This document shows positions 57,098 to 64,000 of a DNA stretch of 64,000 nucleotides, in pieces. Both the position numbers and the translations under genes were made by a program. The notes beneath the pieces are model-generated. The model did no database searches. It was not told where the DNA came from and worked only from the letters and a program-made list of their open reading frames with translations. How positions within the stretch are numbered: the stretch's first letter is position 1; the number at the start of each line of letters is the position of its first letter. Source of the stretch: a virus (taxonomy: Duplodnaviria > Caudoviricetes); the IMG/VR virus record IMGVR_UViG_2595698524_000001, positions 128,001-192,000 of that record; one strand, 5' to 3'.

Positions 57098-57529
57098 ATG
57101 GAGCAGTCAATGCTAAACACACTGGAGTACAGTGACGAAGACCTGTACGTTAATAACCTGACCATTGTGTTGGACAAGCTCGACCCTGAGTATCTCACTG
57201 GTCTGGTAAAGCGTTTCCCAGAGCCGGTTGCTATCGTACACCTGTCGCGCTTGGCGCAGATTCCTGAAAACTATGAGCTGGCCAATCTCATGGTGAAAGA
57301 AATCGCGTCTTACGAAGCGTCCGGCATTGTGAACTCATCCAGTGCTTATTCTTTGGTTGATGACCCGTCAATCAAGAAGGCCGTCTGCAAAGAGCTTATC
57401 GGTTCGCCGCATGATATGGTGATGGCCGCGCCACAGCCGTCTGCAGACTTCGATTACAAGAATGCGTTGTACATTGTCTTTACGGCAACCGACGCCGGTA
57501 TCGAATACGCATTAGCGTATTTTAAATAA
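57098..57529 (+). CDS. Hypothetical protein
   Basis: AAGGA RBS; 143 aa. Confidence 0.7.
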   Translation: MEQSMLNTLEYSDEDLYVNNLTIVLDKLDPEYLTGLVKRFPEPVAIVHLSRLAQIPENYELANLMVKEIASYEASGIVNSSSAYSLVDDPSIKKAVCKELIGSPHDMVMAAPQPSADFDYKNALYIVFTATDAGIEYALAYFK

Positions 57530-57535
57530 CACAGG

Positions 57536-57555
57536 GGTGTCTCTTCGGGGACACC
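57536..57555 (+). terminator. Putative terminator hairpin
   Basis: GGTGTCTC-ttcg-GGGACACC. Confidence 0.5.
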
Positions 57556-57587
57556 TAAATTTAATTATTTTTCGTGAGGTATTCATC

Positions 57588-57971
57588 ATGTTAAAGAAAT
57601 GGTTAATTGCAATCTGCTGGTCAATGCTGTATTTCTCAAGCCACGCGTATGCGCTCTCTTTCAAAGAGGTCGCGAAATGGCCTGAACCGATACGACCATC
57701 GTTTAGTACGGTCGTTGGGATGAACGATAACAAAGTGGCAATACAGGCAGGCGCGTATATCCTGATTCGTGCGTATGCAGGCGACGCTTGTCCTGCCGGC
57801 CAGTATTTCTTGGCTAACACTGAACTGCGCACCGTTACGTCTGTTGAAATCGGGACCTGCGACGAAGATGAACTGAGCTTCGGGGTCAACAAAGCAAAAG
57901 GCACAGGCAATAACAAATCGATAGACGTATACAGTCACGGCGATTTAGCCGCCCGTATACCGGTCTATTGA
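57588..57971 (+). CDS. Secreted/periplasmic protein
   Basis: Signal peptide MLKKWLIAICWSMLYFSSHAYA; two Cys in the mature part. Confidence 0.7.
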   Translation: MLKKWLIAICWSMLYFSSHAYALSFKEVAKWPEPIRPSFSTVVGMNDNKVAIQAGAYILIRAYAGDACPAGQYFLANTELRTVTSVEIGTCDEDELSFGVNKAKGTGNNKSIDVYSHGDLAARIPVY

Positions 57972-57986
57972 TAAAAAAATAAAAGG

Positions 57987-58008
57987 TACACCCCCGGTTG
58001 GGGGTGTA
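57987..58008. terminator. Bidirectional intrinsic terminator
   Basis: TACACCCCC-ggtt-GGGGGTGTA flanked by A- and T-tracts. Confidence 0.8.
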
Positions 58009-58023
58009 TTCTTTTTTTGTTTC

Positions 58024-60228
58024 TTACAGACGAGATGGGCCACCCATGAAGGCTGCCACCACACGAGCAGGCGGAGTATCCATTACCGAGTTGACAATGT
58101 TACTCACAGAAGCAGCAGACTTCCAACTCATCAGCCACTTGTTCCAGTTCATGTTAAACATCTCAATACCTTTAGTGCGCTGATGCAGAGAAGCCCCGCC
58201 CAGTACAGCCATAAAGTCTGAGAATTTGTTATCGTCATCGAACACACCCGGGTCAGTAACGAGCGGCATATGCATCACACGGGACAAATCTTTGATGGTG
58301 ACACTGATGTCAACACTCAATGGAATCCCGTCTTTACGCCAGCCTAAGTTACCCACACCGAACGTCATGCTCACGTTGGTTACCATTGCATTACGGAACG
58401 CAAAGCGACCGCGGGAGTAACATTCGAGATAGAACGGGTGGATATACGTTTGCTTACCGGTCGACAGTGGGCACACCGCCGCAATCCAGAACGCAATAGG
58501 CACGATGATTTCTTGGAACACGTCCAAGTCATTACCAGACCACGCGCGAAGTGGAATGTTCAGTGTGAAGTCGTCACCTGAGGTGTCAGATGAATCCCAC
58601 ACTTCCGGGAAGTCAACCACCGACTGACTGTACAGTGCAGCCAGCCCCGTTAAGTGGAGCGTATCCAGTGCACCACCCAACGCAGACTTAACGCCTTCGA
58701 TAGCACCATCCACAAAGTCCGCACCCGTTTTCCCGCCTGATGTGTTTACATCAAGACTACGGGCAGCAGAGGTCATACTGTTCACCTTGCCAGAAATCTC
58801 CGGCTCTTTGGTGGAGTTTGACCAGCTACGTTGTGTGGTATCACGTCCGTCTATACGCCATGTAACCCACTGTGCGCCGTCTTGTAACTCAGACAATGCC
58901 TGAGTAGAGATTTTAGTGGCGAGCGTCTTCACGGCCTTCTCAGCCCCGTCTACGAACTCACCCATCAAATCCCCGAATGACTTACCGCCGGTTTCGTCGT
59001 TAAACTTCTGAATCTCTTCATCCGTTAACCCACCGGTTGCCAGCTTCTCGACGCCAGACGTCGTCATAGTCGGTTCAGGGGCGGTACCGTTCTCAACGTT
59101 CTGAGCGGTCTGGTCCTGGTTGTAGTTCGAACGCAGCTGGTTAAGGGTAGCCGTCGCCTCCTCTTCCTTCGCGTCCTCAATCCCGATATACCCGGCGTTC
59201 TCTTTGTGATACAGCTCGAGGTCAGCCAGAGAGATTTCATACTTCTGTGCCGCTTCACGGACCTGCTGGGTATAACGGGCGTTACGATAGAAACGCTCAA
59301 GCTTCGCCTGCACGTCTTCGATACTGCTACCGTCATTGTAAATCTGCTCCAGCATAGTCGCCTGATAGTTGGCGAGAGTCTGGTAACGGTTAATCATCTT
59401 GTAGACGTCAAACTCACCGTTAGACTTCCAGATGCCCGGCAGCATGTTATACAGGTCTTTGCGGTCACCGTAGTATTTGTTCTCCGGCTGGTCAATCCCT
59501 TTCATCTGCGCTTGCTGACGTTTGTCGTCGTAGATGTTCCACTGGCCGAGTGACTGAATAGGAACCAGTTTACGGTACAGCAGCTGGGTGTTGATGATGT
59601 TCTGCACAGCACGTAGATACAGGTGCATCGTCGGCTTGACGTAGTAATACTTCGACGTCTGTTTGTTCAGCACCATTTTGATGATGCGCGGGATAATAAG
59701 AATCGAAGCAAAGGCCACGGTTCCCACTGCAGCCCAGATTGCGGCTCCCGTTACCCACGATGCCACGGTACGAATGATACGGGTGTAATCACCGGTACGG
59801 GCCAGATACGCAAGGTTCGAGTCGTACATGTTCGCAAAGAAGGCGACCACGCCCAAGTATTTCGGTTTCCCGTAACGACAGTGGACATAGAAGGCGTTCT
59901 CTTCGATAGACTCTTGGTAGTACGTCCCTAAGGTGTACGAGCCGGCTTCTGCTTGTGCTTGTATCTTCTCCTGTTGGTCCCCGCGGCTGTAGTTAAGCGG
60001 GTTAGCAAAAAGGCCACCTACAGAAGGGTCAGCAAAACGGGTAAACTGCGGTGGCGCATTTAATGCCTGGTTACCACCCATGGTCGTATCCGAGGATGAA
60101 AAATACGCACTGCTATACAAGCGCAGATTGCGTAGACGGGTATCCCCCATCTGTGGTGCCAACCCGAACACGGAACGCACCCATGATTGGTCCGATAATC
60201 TTTCTGTGGTTGCCATTTTAAACTCCAT
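58024..60228 (-). CDS. Virion tail/baseplate protein (phiKZ gp182-like)
   Basis: 734 aa directly downstream of the gp181-like gene. Assignment rests on synteny and recalled similarity. Confidence 0.6.
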   Translation of the reverse strand: MEFKMATTERLSDQSWVRSVFGLAPQMGDTRLRNLRLYSSAYFSSSDTTMGGNQALNAPPQFTRFADPSVGGLFANPLNYSRGDQQEKIQAQAEAGSYTLGTYYQESIEENAFYVHCRYGKPKYLGVVAFFANMYDSNLAYLARTGDYTRIIRTVASWVTGAAIWAAVGTVAFASILIIPRIIKMVLNKQTSKYYYVKPTMHLYLRAVQNIINTQLLYRKLVPIQSLGQWNIYDDKRQQAQMKGIDQPENKYYGDRKDLYNMLPGIWKSNGEFDVYKMINRYQTLANYQATMLEQIYNDGSSIEDVQAKLERFYRNARYTQQVREAAQKYEISLADLELYHKENAGYIGIEDAKEEEATATLNQLRSNYNQDQTAQNVENGTAPEPTMTTSGVEKLATGGLTDEEIQKFNDETGGKSFGDLMGEFVDGAEKAVKTLATKISTQALSELQDGAQWVTWRIDGRDTTQRSWSNSTKEPEISGKVNSMTSAARSLDVNTSGGKTGADFVDGAIEGVKSALGGALDTLHLTGLAALYSQSVVDFPEVWDSSDTSGDDFTLNIPLRAWSGNDLDVFQEIIVPIAFWIAAVCPLSTGKQTYIHPFYLECYSRGRFAFRNAMVTNVSMTFGVGNLGWRKDGIPLSVDISVTIKDLSRVMHMPLVTDPGVFDDDNKFSDFMAVLGGASLHQRTKGIEMFNMNWNKWLMSWKSAASVSNIVNSVMDTPPARVVAAFMGGPSRL

Positions 60229-60234
60229 GTGAAA

Positions 60235-60256
60235 AGGGGGTAGTTGCCTACCCCCT
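60235..60256 (-). terminator. Putative terminator hairpin
   Basis: AGGGGGTAG-ttgc-CTACCCCCT with TTTT following on the minus strand. Confidence 0.55.
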
Positions 60257-60265
60257 CATGATTTA

Positions 60266-63200
60266 CTACTGTGTCGTGATACGTGAGGTGTTAATGGTTG
60301 GGTCACCATGTACCACCTTCGGACCCGACGGGGTTGCTGTGGACGCTGCCGCTGAACGGTCACCGACCATCGACGCACCACTGCTGACTGCTGTTGCAAT
60401 CGTGATAAGCTGCGCCAACATCTGACGCTGGACATTCAAGGACTGCTGTGGAATAGACAGCGAAGCATCGTCGACAGATTTCGGTGTTTCAGTTGGCGCT
60501 GAAACGACCGGGTCACTGCCCACGGCTGCAGAAGTGGCCGCCTCTGCATACTTCTGTTTCTGTTCCGGCGAGATAGTTGGGTAACTTTGCGATACCCCCT
60601 CTGCCGCGGTCGACATCGGCTGACTCATATCTGGCGGTGCGGAGGTCGCTTTAACCCCGGCAGGGTTAGGTACACTGTTCGCTCCAGCACTGTCAGCAAT
60701 TGCCTGACCGTCACGCGCCCCTTTCTGTTCAATTACTTCGTCACGACGCTCAGCGTTTTCAGCTGGCACGTTGTTCATCTCCGGACCACTCAAACTGCTA
60801 CTTCCCGGAGCGAACTGACGCACGTTCGATTCTGCTGCGGATACTTTCTGACGCATCAGATTGTAAATCTGCGCAAACGAACGCGGGTTACCCGACTTGT
60901 CGTAGAAGATGGTTGGGTTGGCAGATGCAGCTTTTGGCATAGCTGCCGCTGCGTTACCCGCAGGGTTTTGACGCATCGCATTGATAAACTGCGAGACACC
61001 GCCACCGCCTAAGAAGTGGTGCATGTAGATAGCCGTTGCAGACGGATCTGTCCCGGTTTTCTTTTTCACCACACTGTGACCTTCTTTCAGGTACAACGCA
61101 CCCAGAATGGCGTTCGCGACCGGGTCTTTTGGCGACGTCCCGGCTGGAATACCGTACTGGTTAGCGTAGCGGTTCATCATGCCATCCCATGTGCGGGATG
61201 TGAACTGGAACAGACCTGTCGCACTCGAGCCTTTCGCTTTAATGCTTGGGTTCATCCCCGATTCAATCATGGCAATGGTCAGACCGAGCAGCGGAGGAAT
61301 CCCCACCAGTCGACACGCAGCCGTGATGATGTCCTGAATAGAACGCCCTGCTGAGCGGATAGACATGTAATCGCCTTGTCCGCCTTCCCCCATGGTGAGT
61401 CCTTGGTCGCGCATGAACGCGCCATCACCGATAGTTGGCATTGAGCCACCGGTAACCCCACCGTTTCCACTGATGCCCGTATTGGCCGCGCTGATGGTGC
61501 TGCTGACGTTATTACGTAGCGCATCCGCACTGCCCCCAGTCATGTCGGAGTTGTACAATGACGAGTCAAGACGCTCACGTTGCTGAGGCCCGCCTCCGTT
61601 CTCGTAAACCTTCCCGTGCTTCGTCCCCATGCGTTTCGCCAGAGACTTGGCATCAAGAATGTTACGTACCGCCATATCCGCTTTCTTCGACAGCTCTTTC
61701 AAGGTGGCGAGTTCGTCGTTAATGGTGCCAGCATCGTCGTTTGCTTCGCCTCCGAATGGGTTGATCTTAATCGTCCACACAGACTCTTTAAAGCCGTTAC
61801 GGTCGGCCTGTGCACGTGAGGTCATTAACGCAACCTCGTACAGATAGCCACCGCTCAGCACGAGCCGGTTCGGGTTAGCTGCAGGCGCATAACGCGCAAC
61901 AGCGAGCACATACGTCACATATGCTGGTAAGAAACGGTATTGGAACCACGTAAGCATATCGCTCTTACGGTTGGTTGACATTACGCCCGGTACAAGGGAG
62001 TTAAGCAGGTTCTCAATGTCACCTTTAAAATTCCCACTGCGTTTATCAATACACGGCAGAACCGCATCTTCGAACAACAGCAGGGATTTGACTTGAGCAG
62101 CCTCAAGTGTTTTCAGGCCGTACGTTTTAAGACGTACCGACTGAAGCGCATCCAAGTCTTTCTTCTGCGCTTTAACTTGCTCAACTTGCATTTCGATGAT
62201 ATCCGTGGACTTGATGTCCCCACCCTTCACCTCGTTATCCTTGCGTTTCTTATCCTCTTCCCGCAGCGAAGCAAACTGCTCGGATACCGCAGTCGATTCT
62301 TTAACAAAGTTCTCTTTGTTCTGCATCAGTTTGATACGGTCTTTACGGCGCAGGCGACGACGTTTAATGTCGTGCTCGACCTCTTTCTGTACCGCGACAA
62401 CTTCGTCACCGTTCAACAGGTCAGGCTCTGTAAAGGTTACCGCATCCCACAACTTCGACGCCCAACCGCGGTCCACTTTACGTGGGTCGGTCAGAGTCTT
62501 CAGGAACGGGGAGTCTTTGTCTAAGGCCAGTTTACCGAAGAGGGCTTGCATGTCCTCCTTGGTTACTTTCTTCTCATCACCCAAATCTTCCAGACGAGGA
62601 GCAGATTGTAACTGACGAATCGCGGTCAACCAACGCAGGTAGATTGGAATGAAACGCTGCTGAGCAAATGCGTGGAACGCAATCAACTCACCTTTGTTCT
62701 CCTTATCCACCCCAAATCCAACTGCCACCTTCTCAGCCTCCACAGCACTGAGGCCCCGTAACGAGGCTTCGCCGTTAGCAGAGAAGGCAACATATTTCCG
62801 CAGCTGGTCTTCCATGTACTTCGCTTTCGCCCCATCGTCAGAAGACCACAGGTCGTAATCACGGAAGCCGTACTGTGCCAAACGCATCCTATCGAGGTAA
62901 CGGGTTGGTTCACGGGTAGCAAGCTTATAGGTACCCCAGATAGCGGCCCCTGCCGCGGCAACGCCGAGAATAACCGGCCAGCCTACCGCAGTCACTACCG
63001 CGCTACCAGCGGCTAACGCGCCGCGAGCCAACCACGATACCGGAGACAGCGCCCCACCCAGAACTTTACCGGCCAATTTCAGTCCACCACCGATACCAAA
63101 CTTGGTAACGAACTTCGTCAGCCCCCATACCCCTTTACTGAGTCCGGAGATAGCCGACCACAATCCGCCCATGACGGTCATGAACATGCTGGACTTATCA

Positions 63201-64000
63201 CCTTCCTCTTTCTTACCGAATAATCCAGAGAAGAACCCTTTCTTCTTCTCGCCTTCAGGCTTCGGTTCACTCCGACGCTTGAACCAGCGGAAGTAATCGC
63301 GTTTCTCCCCATCCTTGTTGAACTTCACGCGTTGTCCGAACTTAGCGAACATCCCGCGCAACATCCCTTCCGGCATACCGGCATCTTCTGAAGATTGGCG
63401 CATGGTGTTGAACCATGATGCTTCAGAGATGTCAACCAGACGAGTAAGCTTGTCCATCAAGGTTTCTTTTTTCTTCGGCCCCATGAAGTCGTCAGAGCGT
63501 TGATAACGATATGCATCCAAACGACCTTTGGCGTTGTCGAGGAAACTACCCACTCGACTTTTCGCCCCACCCACACGTTGACCCATGCGTTTCAGGATGC
63601 TGTGCGTTTGACGACGTGGACCCATAAACTCATCGGAGTTCTCGTAGCGCATGGCACCCCAGCGACCACGGAAGCGGTCGGCCAGATTAGCAAGGTCTTC
63701 ATCCAAATCCTCACGAATGAGTTTCGGGTTGATTTTCCCCTTGGCCATTAAGCGTTCACGATAATAGTTGGCGACATCATCGTCACGCCCTTCGAGGTGC
63801 TCCAGAATGCGTTGCTTGGTCTCATCATCAAAGCGGTCTGGACGGTAGCTATCAATCGTTCCTTTCAGACGCGATGCAAAGCCCTGACCTTTCGCCTTCG
63901 CCCGGTTATACCACGACGAACTTGTGACACGGTCGCGATAAGCCAGCCCTTCACGCTTCGCCCGTCGGCGTGCAATCTTGGCCAGTCGTCTCGCGCGTTG
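60266..64000 (-). CDS. Very large tail (tape-measure-like) protein with lytic transglycosylase domain, phiKZ gp181-like (5' partial)
   Basis: Frame is open to the window end. Hydrophobic Gly/Ala segment; IAMIES...SSATGLFQF...YMHHFLG SLT motifs near the C-terminus. Confidence 0.8.
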   Translation of the reverse strand, partial: QRARRLAKIARRRAKREGLAYRDRVTSSSWYNRAKAKGQGFASRLKGTIDSYRPDRFDDETKQRILEHLEGRDDDVANYYRERLMAKGKINPKLIREDLDEDLANLADRFRGRWGAMRYENSDEFMGPRRQTHSILKRMGQRVGGAKSRVGSFLDNAKGRLDAYRYQRSDDFMGPKKKETLMDKLTRLVDISEASWFNTMRQSSEDAGMPEGMLRGMFAKFGQRVKFNKDGEKRDYFRWFKRRSEPKPEGEKKKGFFSGLFGKKEEGDKSSMFMTVMGGLWSAISGLSKGVWGLTKFVTKFGIGGGLKLAGKVLGGALSPVSWLARGALAAGSAVVTAVGWPVILGVAAAGAAIWGTYKLATREPTRYLDRMRLAQYGFRDYDLWSSDDGAKAKYMEDQLRKYVAFSANGEASLRGLSAVEAEKVAVGFGVDKENKGELIAFHAFAQQRFIPIYLRWLTAIRQLQSAPRLEDLGDEKKVTKEDMQALFGKLALDKDSPFLKTLTDPRKVDRGWASKLWDAVTFTEPDLLNGDEVVAVQKEVEHDIKRRRLRRKDRIKLMQNKENFVKESTAVSEQFASLREEDKKRKDNEVKGGDIKSTDIIEMQVEQVKAQKKDLDALQSVRLKTYGLKTLEAAQVKSLLLFEDAVLPCIDKRSGNFKGDIENLLNSLVPGVMSTNRKSDMLTWFQYRFLPAYVTYVLAVARYAPAANPNRLVLSGGYLYEVALMTSRAQADRNGFKESVWTIKINPFGGEANDDAGTINDELATLKELSKKADMAVRNILDAKSLAKRMGTKHGKVYENGGGPQQRERLDSSLYNSDMTGGSADALRNNVSSTISAANTGISGNGGVTGGSMPTIGDGAFMRDQGLTMGEGGQGDYMSIRSAGRSIQDIITAACRLVGIPPLLGLTIAMIESGMNPSIKAKGSSATGLFQFTSRTWDGMMNRYANQYGIPAGTSPKDPVANAILGALYLKEGHSVVKKKTGTDPSATAIYMHHFLGGGGVSQFINAMRQNPAGNAAAAMPKAASANPTIFYDKSGNPRSFAQIYNLMRQKVSAAESNVRQFAPGSSSLSGPEMNNVPAENAERRDEVIEQKGARDGQAIADSAGANSVPNPAGVKATSAPPDMSQPMSTAAEGVSQSYPTISPEQKQKYAEAATSAAVGSDPVVSAPTETPKSVDDASLSIPQQSLNVQRQMLAQLITIATAVSSGASMVGDRSAAASTATPSGPKVVHGDPTINTSRITTQ

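Noticed and set aside
1-64000. tRNA genes, introns/inteins, integrase or transposase, alternative genetic code
   Set aside because: No cloverleaf, splicing or recombinase motifs were recognised by eye, and long ORFs are intact under the standard code. tRNAscan-SE and Infernal would be needed to exclude RNA genes formally.

Overview
This 64-kb window is a gene-dense segment of a phiKZ-related (Chimalliviridae-type) jumbo myophage genome. Gene order resembles the enterobacterial SPN3US/Erwinia jumbo phages; this comes from recalled family knowledge, not a search. Left part (1-26.5 kb): virion and tail module with four paralogous tail-fibre/baseplate genes, a central-spike gene, an M15 peptidase and a DUF1353 gene. 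Middle and right: small early-type genes behind a repeated AT-rich promoter motif, an SbcC/Rad50 ATPase, a macrodomain, a lytic-transglycosylase endolysin, a spanin pair, a DEDDh exonuclease, RNase HI, a UvsX/RecA recombinase, a split RNAP beta C-terminal subunit, NADAR-like and CYTH-like proteins, and a very large gp181-like tail protein cut by the window end. The standout is an eight-gene minus-strand cluster (9038->3669) directly downstream of the tail-fibre genes. It encodes three paralogous precursor-like peptides sharing an MAVSLN leader (two carry 21 Cys in CxxX repeats), two radical SAM enzymes (one with a SPASM domain), two unknown proteins and a DUF4376-like protein. This looks like a phage-encoded RiPP-like modification system that may build a cross-linked virion or fibre component. 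No tRNA, rRNA, CRISPR array or mobile element was recognised. All family calls come from motifs read by eye and need HMM or structure confirmation.
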